From Marinobacter sp. (GTDB lineage: Bacteria; Pseudomonadota; Gammaproteobacteria; Pseudomonadales; Oleiphilaceae), in contig JBQCZX010000001.1 of NCBI GenBank assembly GCA_052089485.1, positions 1-63,455 of the forward strand: a stretch of 63,455 nt of DNA, in the 5' to 3' direction. Both the position numbers and the translations under genes were made by a program. The notes below the pieces were generated by a model, which did not search any database, was not told the origin of the DNA, and saw nothing but the letters and a program-made list of their open reading frames with translations. Positions 42,070 through 51,802 of the stretch are shown here, in pieces (within the stretch, counting starts at the first letter, position 1; every line of letters starts with the position of its first letter).

Positions 42070-42538
42070 ATGCTTGCTGCAATGGCACCAGTTGCCCACC
42101 GGTTAGCTTGACTAGGTCTGCGGGTGAAAGCTCAATCTCCAGCCCGCGACGGCCGGCGCTTACGTAGACGGTGTCGAAGCTCTCAGCAGAGACATCGATA
42201 AAGGTTTTCAGCCGGTTCTTCTGGCCTAGCGGGCTAACGCCCCCCAGTACATAGCCTGTGCGGCGCTGAACTTCCTGTGGGTCGGCCATACACGCTTTCT
42301 TGCCACCGGCAGCCCGGGCTATCAGTTTCATGTTCAGCATGCCAGTGACCGGCACCACACCAACAGCTAGCGTTTTGCCATCAACAGCAACCACAAGCGT
42401 TTTAAATACCTGTGTTGGTTCCACACTCAGTTTTTCTGCGGCCTCGTTACCGTATCCGGCACTGCTCGGATCGTGCTCGTATTCATGAATGGTGTGAGAA
42501 ATGCCGGCGTGACTCGCCGCATTGATACCGGGCGTCAT
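42068..42538 (-). CDS. ybaK: Cys-tRNA(Pro) deacylase YbaK
   Basis: VFKTLV, TGYVLGGVSPLGQK, SAGRRGLEIEL. Confidence 0.94.
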   Translation of the reverse strand: MTPGINAASHAGISHTIHEYEHDPSSAGYGNEAAEKLSVEPTQVFKTLVVAVDGKTLAVGVVPVTGMLNMKLIARAAGGKKACMADPQEVQRRTGYVLGGVSPLGQKNRLKTFIDVSAESFDTVYVSAGRRGLEIELSPADLVKLTGGQLVPLQQA

Positions 42539-42739
42539 AGGCTGCTCCTGAAACCGTTGGTTATGACCATAATCAGCTCCCTATGATAACTCCGGAGCCG
42601 GCCCGCAATACATTCTGGTGCCCTGCACAGGTTCCAGTGTACGCTTTGACGCTCGGGCAGGTAGGTTTCGGCCAATGAAACGGACACTCGCCACCTCGAA
42701 AATAGAATAATAGTAGCCACCGATACCAAGGCGTATTCG

Positions 42740-44023
42740 ATGAATTCATTAACTCGTCGTGCCCTGCACAGCTGCAAGGTTCCCAAGGATCTTTCTACCG
42801 TGACGCATCGCGACTCGACCGGTGAAAATCCGCAAGCGGTTGGCGTTGATAGCCGCACCGTAGACACTATTTGGAAAAGCGTCGAAGCCTTGTATCGCAC
42901 TGGTGTGCATCCCGGCATCCAGATTTCCGTGCGCCACCGGGGTGAACAAATACTGCACCGGGCGATTGGCCATGCCAGCGGCAACGGCCCCCATGAGCCC
43001 GACGGTACGCCGCAAATAGCCATGACCACAGACACGCCCATCTGCTATTTCTCCGCATCCAAGGCGGTTACAGCATTGCTGATGCACATGTTGGTTGAAC
43101 AGGGCCTGGTTAACCTGATGGACCCGGTTTCCTATTACTGCCCGGAGTTTGCGACCAACGGAAAGCGAACCATTACCGTGCACCAGATTCTGTCGCACCG
43201 GGGCGGCATTCCCGCCATTCCAAAGGAAACCCCGATTGATGTGCTATGGAATCAGGACGAAGTCTGGCGGCTGCTGTGTGAAGCCCGCGCAGTAGAGGTG
43301 GATGGTTCTAAAATTGCGTATCACGCGGTAACTGGCGGCTATGTACTGCAGCGCGTGCTCGAAAAGGTGACTGGCGACACCATTGAGCATTACCTCGATA
43401 AACACCTGCGCCAGCCCATGGGCATGAAGTGGTTTACCTACGGGGTTCAGCCTGAAAACCTTGGTGAGTTGGCCACCAACTACGCCACCGGCCCCACCCC
43501 GCGCTTTCCTGTGTCCTGGATCGTGAATCGTGCGTTGGGTGGAGACATTGCAACGGTGGAGCAGGTAACAAACGATCCCCGTTTTCAGGAAGCGGTGATT
43601 CCTGCGGGCAACCTGTGCGGAACGGCCGAGGAAATCGGGCGCTTCTTCCAGATGATGCTGAACGGCGGGGTTTGGAATGGCCGGCGCATCTGCAGCGATA
43701 TTACCGTTCGCCGCGCCATTCAGCAGTTCGGCTCGCTACAGATTGATCGCACCATGTTGATGCCCATGCGTTTCAGTGCCGGCATGATGCTGGGCGGTAA
43801 CCCCGTGGGCTTGTGGGGGCAGCAAAGCCGCTATGCCTTTGGGCATGTGGGGCTGATCAATAAGCTTTGCTGGGCGGATGCCGCGCGGGATATCTCCGTA
43901 AGCCTACTCAACACAGGATTCCCCATCGTCGGGCACCATATTCCATCACTGGGCAAATTTGTTTATACCATGGCCCAACAGTTCCCCCTCCTCCCTGAAA
44001 GCGAGCGCCCCTTAGTCGTTTGA
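42740..44023 (+). CDS. Serine hydrolase (beta-lactamase/family VIII esterase-like)
   Basis: FSASK (SxxK), ILSHRGG, AYHA, FGHVG; no signal peptide. Confidence 0.87.
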   Translation: MNSLTRRALHSCKVPKDLSTVTHRDSTGENPQAVGVDSRTVDTIWKSVEALYRTGVHPGIQISVRHRGEQILHRAIGHASGNGPHEPDGTPQIAMTTDTPICYFSASKAVTALLMHMLVEQGLVNLMDPVSYYCPEFATNGKRTITVHQILSHRGGIPAIPKETPIDVLWNQDEVWRLLCEARAVEVDGSKIAYHAVTGGYVLQRVLEKVTGDTIEHYLDKHLRQPMGMKWFTYGVQPENLGELATNYATGPTPRFPVSWIVNRALGGDIATVEQVTNDPRFQEAVIPAGNLCGTAEEIGRFFQMMLNGGVWNGRRICSDITVRRAIQQFGSLQIDRTMLMPMRFSAGMMLGGNPVGLWGQQSRYAFGHVGLINKLCWADAARDISVSLLNTGFPIVGHHIPSLGKFVYTMAQQFPLLPESERPLVV

Positions 44024-44032
44024 GGCAGCCGC

Positions 44033-44377
44033 TCACAGGGTTCTCAGCTGATCCTCAAGAATACCAAGCACCGAGGACAGAATATCCCGAAAGTCAGTCA
44101 GTGTCTGAGTGCGCTGAATGACTTCCTCGCGGCTCTCATCTAGCTTTTCCAGCTTTGGCACAACCCGGCGAATGCCTTCAGTGATCACCTCATAAGGGTA
44201 GTGGTGATCCTGAATGCTGAGCTTATTTATCTCGGCGACTTCCTGGCTGAAAATACTGATGATGTCATACAACATGTCTTTGTGCTGGATAGTGGCTGCC
44301 TCCCAGTAGGCGTCGTCTAGCAGCTCAAGCAGGGAAAGATATTCCCGTAGGGTGTCGGCAACGGATGTCTGGCTCAT
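44033..44377 (-). CDS. Hypothetical helical protein
   Basis: 114-aa acidic, helical-looking ORF that fills the gap; ATG start. Confidence 0.72.
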   Translation of the reverse strand: MSQTSVADTLREYLSLLELLDDAYWEAATIQHKDMLYDIISIFSQEVAEINKLSIQDHHYPYEVITEGIRRVVPKLEKLDESREEVIQRTQTLTDFRDILSSVLGILEDQLRTL

Positions 44378-44572
44378 AAAACAATCCCGGTGGCGGGTAA
44401 AGAAACGGTAAGAGAACTATAGCAGCGGACGGGCGGGGATTCTCTGGAAACAGGCGGGTGGATCATTATGGCGTAAAAATGAAACTCTATTCATTTTGTT
44501 GCGCTTTGTCTGACAGTTGTGCAGACTAAGCTCTATATTGGAACTGCTGCCACTCAATGGATGAGAGACGCA

Positions 44573-44830
44573 ATGGACGAGTCCACATATCCGCACCAAG
44601 AACACCCCTACATGCTCCGAAAGGTTCGGCTTGATCATCACGACAGTGTGCGAAGCCACGTACATCAGCAAGTCAGCACAGAAGTAGAACGGCTTGAACG
44701 CCGTATTGAGGTTCTGCGCCTGACAAAAGCTCCCCATGTGGCCGCGATGATTTCAGCCTACAAAAGGATGATCGATCGTAAAAAGGGCTTTTTGCAGAAC
44801 TGGGATCTTGATGAGCACCGCTATTACTGA
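44573..44830 (+). CDS. Hypothetical small coiled-coil protein
   Basis: ORF divergent from the 44377 gene; start uncertain (44573 or a nearby ATG). Confidence 0.6.
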   Translation: MDESTYPHQEHPYMLRKVRLDHHDSVRSHVHQQVSTEVERLERRIEVLRLTKAPHVAAMISAYKRMIDRKKGFLQNWDLDEHRYY

Positions 44831-45792
44831 CGGCTCTCGATCGTGATCGCATCATACTCCAAAGCCCGCGCTTCCTTTTCTTGATTTCCGCAGTGCTGGG
44901 GATCGGTCGATTGTTTGTCTTTGGATATAAACACTCTTACACGTGACGTGTTGTACTGAAACACGGCCTTTACGCAGTCTGGCTCAATACCGTTCAGGGT
45001 TATGCCAGAGACTCCTGTGAGGGTGAGAGCGTCTCTGTGAAGTCCGATAAGCTCCTGTAGGAGCTCAACCTTCCCCAGTGTGCGGCCAGTAAGGCTGGTT
45101 GCAACGTACTCCGGGGTGTTAAACCCGCTGGTGCCAAAACTCTCTTTTGCGTAACGTCCGCTCCAGGCCGCGCTCGCGATTTCTGGCGTTGAGGAGCTGA
45201 CCTGTTCGGGGCTTGTGGCAACGAACTGCATCGCGCGGAACACCTTTCCCATGGCAGGGTTGTAGGTCCAATCCAACATCGGGTAGACCCAGGCTTGATC
45301 CTCCTGGGGCGTGTTCTCATCACTGTTGTTTTCCGAAAAGCGGATCAGGGCTTTGTTTGCAGGCGTGTTATACGTTGCGGCCTCATTGTCTGTGATGCTT
45401 GAGACCATGAGTCGGCGGCCCTCATTGAAATTATCCACCTGCCCGGAGCGAATCACTGCGTTCATCAGGTCAACGGGGTTGCGGACGCTTTTGTAGTCGG
45501 TGCCGCTGTCCTTCGGAACAGCATTCAGGAATGTGCTGAGGTGTGCTCTTAGCTCTGTTGCAAAGCCGTTATCGTCGCCCGCGTTCAGAGGTTCTGCGCC
45601 ACGATATAAATCACGAAAAACGGTATAAGGCAAAACTGGCTCAAGGCCCTCTTGGTTTTCCAGTGTGAGCGTTGGGAGCGAGTGGTCTACGTTGGTTGCT
45701 GGGTTGAGCGAGGACGATGAACCCGTATCCTCCATCCCGCAACCACCCAGGAGGGAGAGTGAAATGGCGGCAAAAAAGCAGGAGTGTCTCAT
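44824..45792 (-). CDS. Hypothetical lipoprotein
   Basis: MRHSCFFAAISLSLLGGC lipobox followed by a Ser-rich linker; ATG at 45792. Confidence 0.72.
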   Translation of the reverse strand: MRHSCFFAAISLSLLGGCGMEDTGSSSSLNPATNVDHSLPTLTLENQEGLEPVLPYTVFRDLYRGAEPLNAGDDNGFATELRAHLSTFLNAVPKDSGTDYKSVRNPVDLMNAVIRSGQVDNFNEGRRLMVSSITDNEAATYNTPANKALIRFSENNSDENTPQEDQAWVYPMLDWTYNPAMGKVFRAMQFVATSPEQVSSSTPEIASAAWSGRYAKESFGTSGFNTPEYVATSLTGRTLGKVELLQELIGLHRDALTLTGVSGITLNGIEPDCVKAVFQYNTSRVRVFISKDKQSTDPQHCGNQEKEARALEYDAITIESRQ

Positions 45793-45920
45793 TTCAGAAG
45801 GCCCTGAGGTGCGAAACCAGCCGTAAACGGCTAAAGTGAATTCCCGCGGGGCTCTGCGCCCCGATCCGACTGCAGACAATAAACCATAAAACAGGCATCT
45901 GCCCTCGCGGAGATCACATT

Positions 45921-48900
45921 TTGCAGCAACGGTGCGAACCGGCTTCAGGCAAAGCAGTGCAGTGGCTGCTTGTCGCGATATGTTTAGTAACGACTCTGGT
46001 GCCCGGTTTGGCGGATGCCCAAGAGCAGTGCCGCAATGGTCAACTTGTTCTAAAAAACAGTACCGATAGCATTCGTGATTTTGGCCGCTGTATCTCGTAC
46101 CTGGAAGATGCCGGCCAGCTTTACCTTCTGTCAGATATTCTCGCCATGAAGCCCGAGCGGTTTACCCGGCATGAAAGCGGCGTGCTCAACTTCGGTTATA
46201 CCGAATCGGCCTACTGGACCCGGTTTGATTTGCGTGCAGACACGGGAGAGGCGGGCACTGAGTGGATTCTGGAGCTTGCCCTACCGCTGGTAGACGAAGT
46301 GGTTCTGTACCTGGTGCGCGATGGCGAGTTAATTGAAAAGCGTAAGGCGGGCTATCAGGACGACTGGGCTGAGCGTGATTTGGCCGTGCCCAACCCTACG
46401 TTCCGGCTGCATCTGGAGCCGGACAGCGTTACCTCGGTATATCTTCGAATCATCAATACCAATACGTTCCGCCTGCCGGTTAGCATCTGGAGCCCTGACA
46501 GCTACATTGAAAAGGTGTCGGTGGACGAGGTGGTGCGTGGCGCGTTGTTGGGCAGCCTGCTCGCCATACTGGCCTATAGCCTATTCGTGGCGGTTTCCGT
46601 TCGCGAGCGCAGTAACATCTACTACGTGCTTTATCTTGTATCGGCGGCGGTGTTTATCGCGACCGAGCAAGTTCATGGCATTCAGTTGTTGGATAGCCGC
46701 CCGGCCCTGTTCGATAAGGAGTATCTGCATTTCCAGATCATTATGACCTGGTTTTGGGGGCTGCTGATGGCGCGGGCGCTGCTCGAAACCCGTGCCCGCT
46801 CGAGGGACTTGGATCGAATCCTCAAACTGTGTATCTACGCGGTGGTTCTCACGTTTGTGCTATCACTGTTTCTGCCCTATCACATTGCCATGGAATGGAT
46901 TGTTATCGGGTCGGTGTTGCTTTGTCTTATTTTGATTGTGGTGAGCTATCTTTCCTGGCGCTATTACAACCCTGCGGCACGTTCATACTTTTTCGCCTGG
47001 ACGTTGGCGCTTATAGGCTTTGGTATCTACGCCCTAACGGTCATGGGCTACCTGCCGCTCAATACGTTTACCAGCTACGCCCCTCAGATAGGGCTCTCTG
47101 CGCAGATAGTGCTGTTTTCCTTTGCCTTAGCCGACCGTATCAAGCAGGTTCAGGGCCAGGCACTGAACTGGAGCCGGCGAGCATTATCCAACCTTCAGCG
47201 CTATCAGTCACTGTTTGATAACGCCATTGAAGGTGTTTTTCAGATGTCCGTTGGGCGCCAGTTTGTAACGGCCAACCCAGCTATGGCACGTTTAATGGGC
47301 TTCGATAGTAGTCGCGAGTTGCTGGGGAGCAACCCGGATGTGCTCGAGGCCTGCATTGCAGATGATCGGCTGCGGGCGCTTGTGGTTGAACAGCTGGAGG
47401 CGCGGGGCACGGTAAAAGGGGTAGAGGCCCGCTACCTGACCAAAGCAGCGGAAGAACGTTGGGTCATTATTTCGCTCCACACAGCCTATGGTAACGACGG
47501 CAAGCCCACGCACCTGGAAGGCACCTGTGTGGACTCCACCGAAAGCCACCGACGCCAACGCATTGAGCGTGAGCGCGAGCAGGAACGGCTTGAAAAAGAG
47601 CTGGCGCGCAACTCCGCCGAGGCCAAGAGCCAATTCCTTGCCAACATGAGCCACGAGATCCGAACCCCTTTGGCGGCCATCATTGGCTACGGTGAAACTT
47701 TGATGGATCCGGACTTGAATGATCAGGAAAAACGCAGCAGTGCGGAAACGGTTGTCCGGAGCGGGCGCCATCTGCTGGAACTGGTGAATGATATTCTTGA
47801 TCATTCCAAGATTGATGCCAATAAGCTGGATGTGGATGTGGTCTCGGTGAACCTGCCGGAACTGCTGGATGAAATTCGCGCATTTTTTTCCCCTAGGGCG
47901 CGAGAAAAGGGGCTGGATTTCAACATACTTTGCGAGTTTCCGCTGCCCGAGCACATTCAGACAGACCCGACGCGTTTGCGCCAAATCATCATAAATCTGT
48001 GTGGAAATGCGCTTAAGTTCACCGAAAATGGGTCGATTTCACTTTCGATTCACTGTGACCGCGAACAAGAAAGGCTGATTGCCCGGGTTGCAGACACCGG
48101 AATCGGCATGAAGCCGGAGCAGATTGGCCGGTTGTTTGATCCGTTCGCCCAAGGCAGTGCGGCTATTTCGAGGCAATATGGTGGCACTGGCCTCGGCCTG
48201 AGTATCTCACGGCGACTGGCAGAAATGCTGGGTGGCAGTATCAGCGTCAGCAGTACATACGGTGAAGGCAGCGAGTTTGAGCTATCGATTCGCACCGGCG
48301 ACATAGAGCAGGTGCACTTTCTGCGGGATGCCTCGGAGCTCAGCCAGCGCCGGCGCGCCATACCTGTGGTTGTGGCGCCACGGCTATCCGGGCGCATACT
48401 GTGTGCGGAAGACAACGATGTAAACCGCCGCTTGGTGTCGCTGCTGGTAAATCGAACCGGTGCTGAATTGGTGCATGTAGGCAACGGGGCGGAAGTGCTT
48501 GAAATGGCAGTTAGGGAACCGTTTGATTTGATCCTGATGGATATTCAGATGCCGGTAATGAACGGGCGTGATGCGACGGCGGCGCTGCGCGAAGCGGGGG
48601 TGAATACACCGGTGATAGCGCTCACGGCCAATGTTATGTCTGAAGACATCGCCGATTACCGGCTGGCGGGTTGTAACGAGCACCTGGCCAAGCCCATCGA
48701 CAAACAGCGGTTCTATGAGGTTCTGGCCCGTTATCTGAAGGTTCATGCCGGCGGTGCCCCAGATCCAAGGCAGCAATACCAAGGCAGGGTGCTGGTAGCT
48801 GAAGACAATGAAGACAACCGCCAGCTGGTGGAACGCATGTTGAGCCGCTTGGGTCTGGACGTGATATCCGTTGCGTCGGGTGATGAAGCAGTACGTAAAG

Positions 48901-49460
48901 CGCTTTCAGACTCGGTGCAGTTGGTACTTATGGATAGGCACATGCCAGAAATGGACGGCGTTGCGGCCACTCAGTTGCTTCGACAGGCAGGTTTTCGGCG
49001 CCCGATTATCGCGTTTACGGCGGGCGACCAGCGCGAAACCGACGCCCTGCGTGATGCGGGCTGTGATGGGGTGCTGGATAAACCGATAGATGAGCGCCGC
49101 CTGCAATCATTGCTAGGCCGCTTTCTGGATTCTTCATCGCTTGACGTGGGCAGTGCGGATGAAGATGAGGATATTAGTCGCCTGGTATCCCAATTCCTGT
49201 CAGGGTTGGATGAGCGCCGACAGCGAATGAATCAAGCACTTGCAAGCCGTGATGGCGCCGTACTTGAATCTGAAACTCACCAGATTAAAGGCACCGCGGG
49301 CGCGATGGGGTATCCAGCGATGACTCATCAGGCCGGCACTGTGGAGGCGCTGTTAAAAGCTGCAGACCCGCAATGGAGCCAGGTTCGCAGTGAACTTGCG
49401 ATACTGGACGAGATGATAGAGCGTGAACAACCACAGAATAAAACAGGATCGGGCAAATGA
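45921..49460 (+). CDS. Hybrid sensor kinase: 7TMR-DISMED2, 7TM, PAS, HisKA, HATPase, 2xREC, HPt
   Basis: LNFGYTESAYW, FSFALADRI, FLANMSHEIRTP, GGTGLGL, LMDIQMP, LMDRHMP, HQIKGTAG. Confidence 0.92.
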   Translation: MQQRCEPASGKAVQWLLVAICLVTTLVPGLADAQEQCRNGQLVLKNSTDSIRDFGRCISYLEDAGQLYLLSDILAMKPERFTRHESGVLNFGYTESAYWTRFDLRADTGEAGTEWILELALPLVDEVVLYLVRDGELIEKRKAGYQDDWAERDLAVPNPTFRLHLEPDSVTSVYLRIINTNTFRLPVSIWSPDSYIEKVSVDEVVRGALLGSLLAILAYSLFVAVSVRERSNIYYVLYLVSAAVFIATEQVHGIQLLDSRPALFDKEYLHFQIIMTWFWGLLMARALLETRARSRDLDRILKLCIYAVVLTFVLSLFLPYHIAMEWIVIGSVLLCLILIVVSYLSWRYYNPAARSYFFAWTLALIGFGIYALTVMGYLPLNTFTSYAPQIGLSAQIVLFSFALADRIKQVQGQALNWSRRALSNLQRYQSLFDNAIEGVFQMSVGRQFVTANPAMARLMGFDSSRELLGSNPDVLEACIADDRLRALVVEQLEARGTVKGVEARYLTKAAEERWVIISLHTAYGNDGKPTHLEGTCVDSTESHRRQRIEREREQERLEKELARNSAEAKSQFLANMSHEIRTPLAAIIGYGETLMDPDLNDQEKRSSAETVVRSGRHLLELVNDILDHSKIDANKLDVDVVSVNLPELLDEIRAFFSPRAREKGLDFNILCEFPLPEHIQTDPTRLRQIIINLCGNALKFTENGSISLSIHCDREQERLIARVADTGIGMKPEQIGRLFDPFAQGSAAISRQYGGTGLGLSISRRLAEMLGGSISVSSTYGEGSEFELSIRTGDIEQVHFLRDASELSQRRRAIPVVVAPRLSGRILCAEDNDVNRRLVSLLVNRTGAELVHVGNGAEVLEMAVREPFDLILMDIQMPVMNGRDATAALREAGVNTPVIALTANVMSEDIADYRLAGCNEHLAKPIDKQRFYEVLARYLKVHAGGAPDPRQQYQGRVLVAEDNEDNRQLVERMLSRLGLDVISVASGDEAVRKALSDSVQLVLMDRHMPEMDGVAATQLLRQAGFRRPIIAFTAGDQRETDALRDAGCDGVLDKPIDERRLQSLLGRFLDSSSLDVGSADEDEDISRLVSQFLSGLDERRQRMNQALASRDGAVLESETHQIKGTAGAMGYPAMTHQAGTVEALLKAADPQWSQVRSELAILDEMIEREQPQNKTGSGK

Positions 49461-50005
49461 GCGAGCGCCAGTTACAACGTGAACATCAGTCAATGAGCAT
49501 GATGTACGGCACTTATGCCGATATTCTGTTCGTGCTTTTCCCGTTTCTTGTTATCGGCATGCAACGCCTCTGGGAAGGCCGCCTCTATGAAACTCTGATG
49601 CGGCCAGACCTGAGCATAGCCGCAGCCATTCTTGCCGGGTTGGCCATTGGCAAATTTGTGTTGGGGCTTGTCACCAATCGGGATCTAGGTCGCTATAAAG
49701 AACGCATTGTATTCTTTATCGCACTGACACTGTTTGCTGTGTTGGGGCCAGCCATCATCTTGATGCTAAGTATTGTTGGCGGCGCTGAGGTGCCTGGATT
49801 TGTGGCCTTTGTGCAGCCGATATTGCTGATTATTGCCATATCGCTTTACTCAACGGCGGTTACTATCAGCAATATATTAACCCAGGATGGCGACCAGGAA
49901 TCCTATGCCACGGGCGCAGAAGGGCTGCCAGCGGATATTGCACGCCCCGCCAGGGCCAGACACGCGCCGTTGGATCTTCCCCGCCATACTGGCGCAGACT
50001 CCTGA
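49457..50005 (+). CDS. Hypothetical 4-TM membrane protein
   Basis: ATGA overlap with the kinase; four hydrophobic segments. Confidence 0.72.
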   Translation: MSERQLQREHQSMSMMYGTYADILFVLFPFLVIGMQRLWEGRLYETLMRPDLSIAAAILAGLAIGKFVLGLVTNRDLGRYKERIVFFIALTLFAVLGPAIILMLSIVGGAEVPGFVAFVQPILLIIAISLYSTAVTISNILTQDGDQESYATGAEGLPADIARPARARHAPLDLPRHTGADS

Positions 50006-50065
50006 TAAATTGCAGATTTACAAGGAATCCGGGTAGCTATACGTCCGAAGAACAAGGAGATACGA

Positions 50066-50479
50066 ATGGATAAATTGACGGTACTGGTTGTGGAAGATGA
50101 GCCGGTGATGCGGCAACGGCTGGTTGATATGCTCTATAAGGCCGGAGCTACGGATGTGACGGAGTGTGAGAACGCCACTATGGCCCGCACGGCGTTTGAT
50201 GCGGGCAAGTTCCAGATCATATTGTTGGATCTTGGTTTACCGGACGGCGATGGTCACGAGTTGATGAAAGGGTTTAAGGCGGCCCGAGACGAGCAACACA
50301 TTGTGTTGGTGACTGCAGATGACTCCATTGACAGCATTCAGCGGGCAATCAGCGCCGGCGCCAACGGCTATGTGGTTAAACCCTATTCCCAGGAAAAGAT
50401 CCACGATGTGGTCAGTAACTACACGGTTGTGCATTGCACAGAGGCAGCAATCACTCCGGGCTTGAATCGGCACCACTAA
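50066..50479 (+). CDS. Single-domain response regulator (CheY-like)
   Basis: VVEDE, LLDLGLPD, VTA, YVVKPY; AGGAG RBS. Confidence 0.92.
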   Translation: MDKLTVLVVEDEPVMRQRLVDMLYKAGATDVTECENATMARTAFDAGKFQIILLDLGLPDGDGHELMKGFKAARDEQHIVLVTADDSIDSIQRAISAGANGYVVKPYSQEKIHDVVSNYTVVHCTEAAITPGLNRHH

Positions 50480-50585
50480 TTGGCTCATGTGTCCTCTTTT
50501 TGGACGCTTCGGCAAACGCTTACAGACGCATTTAGGAAGCACCCTCATAATTCTATTGTCACGTTTTTTTACGTTGTGTGATTTT

Positions 50586-50608
50586 GGATATCTGCCTGTC
50601 AGATATCC
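50586..50608. promoter_or_regulatory. Perfect 9-bp inverted repeat (operator or hairpin)
   Basis: GGATATCTG-CCTGT-CAGATATCC. Confidence 0.45.
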
Positions 50609-50705
50609 CACGGATCTCTCCTTTATACGCAGCCTGTATGGCTGCGTTTTTTTTGGTAGTGGAAAGTCCGTAGCCACTAACTCGTACAGATACCTCGGGC
50701 CGTTT

Positions 50706-50736
50706 GGGTGATAATTAGTACACTAATTAATCACCC
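50706..50736. promoter_or_regulatory. 31-bp palindrome with a TTAG-N4-CTAA (SlyA/MarR-like) core
   Basis: GGGTGATAATTAGT-AC-ACTAATTAATCACCC. Confidence 0.55.
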
Positions 50737-50772
50737 GTACTGAAAGATACCCAGAGGTTGAAACCGAAGAAA

Positions 50773-51012
50773 ATGTCCGACGAATCCGGATCTGCCCGTA
50801 ATAAGTTCCGCTCCCATTTTGTTGTAGAAATCGTTCTAATCGCCGTGCTGGCCATGTACATGGTGCTGGCAAAAGGTCAGGTTGTTGGTGACGATCTTGT
50901 CTTCACCGTTGTTGGTGCCGGATTGATGGCGCTGGTTACCTATTGGACCCTGTATACCCTGAGGGATGGTCTCGAGATGATCGTTCTTAGGGTTCGCGGC
51001 TTTAAGCACTGA
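50773..51012 (+). CDS. Small two-TM hypothetical protein
   Basis: Two hydrophobic helices; start at 50773 (ATG) or 50758 (TTG). Confidence 0.65.
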   Translation: MSDESGSARNKFRSHFVVEIVLIAVLAMYMVLAKGQVVGDDLVFTVVGAGLMALVTYWTLYTLRDGLEMIVLRVRGFKH

Positions 51013-51026
51013 TATAGTTCCAGAAT

Positions 51027-51052
51027 TTTACGCCCGTGCTTGCGGGCGTGAA
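51027..51052. terminator. Hairpin after the small membrane gene (possible terminator)
   Basis: TTTACGCCCG-TGCTTG-CGGGCGTGAA; no strong U tract on the + strand. Confidence 0.4.
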
Positions 51053-51136
51053 CCCAACCTGCCTTTGCCCTGTTACAATACGCCTATTATATTCTCGATC
51101 TTTACCTAGCCGTTTATTCCAATGCCAGGAGCCCCC

Positions 51137-51802
51137 ATGACTGACACCGTGGTTGTAATTTATTCCGGAGGTATGGATTCCTTTACTCTGCTTCACCGTG
51201 CTCGCGTCCTTGGGTTACAAGTGCATGCGTTGTCCTTCAATTATGGCCAGCGCCATGTCCGTGAACTGGGCGTTGCGAGCTCCGTTTGTGCAGCGCTGGA
51301 TATTCCCCATAAGGTTATTGATATTCGCGCCATGAGTGAGGTTATGTCTGGCTCAGCGTTAACCTCCGGCGACGACATACCCGAAGGCGGGTATGAAGAA
51401 GAAAGCATGAAAGCCACAGTGGTGCCCAACCGCAATATGATCCTGCTGTCTCTGGCCACCGGCTATGCTGTAACCGTGAATGCCGGTGCTGTGTGGTACG
51501 GCGCCCACGGCGGTGATCATGCTATTTATCCGGACTGTCGGCCGGAGTTTGTCGAAAAGATGGATGCCGCGTGCCGGGTAGCCAACTATGAGCCGGTAGG
51601 TGTTGAGGCGCCATTTATGCACATGAACAAAGGCGACATTCTTGCTGAAGGCCTGAAGCTTGGGCTCGATTACGCCCACACATGGACTTGTTACAACGGG
51701 CGGGAAAAGGCATGCGGGCTTTGTGGCTCTTGCGTAGAGCGGCTTGAGGCCTTTGCGGAAAATGGCCTTGAGGATCCGCTGGCTTATGAGGCGGGGCGCT
51801 GA
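51137..51802 (+). CDS. queC: 7-cyano-7-deazaguanine synthase
   Basis: YSGGMDS, YGQRH, VPNRN, YPDCR, TWTCY...CGLCGSC; AGGAG RBS. Confidence 0.96.
   Translation: MTDTVVVIYSGGMDSFTLLHRARVLGLQVHALSFNYGQRHVRELGVASSVCAALDIPHKVIDIRAMSEVMSGSALTSGDDIPEGGYEEESMKATVVPNRNMILLSLATGYAVTVNAGAVWYGAHGGDHAIYPDCRPEFVEKMDAACRVANYEPVGVEAPFMHMNKGDILAEGLKLGLDYAHTWTCYNGREKACGLCGSCVERLEAFAENGLEDPLAYEAGR

Noticed and set aside
51013-51136. preQ1 riboswitch upstream of queC
   Set aside because: No recognisable preQ1 stem plus A-rich tail; only a GC hairpin and a possible -10 element
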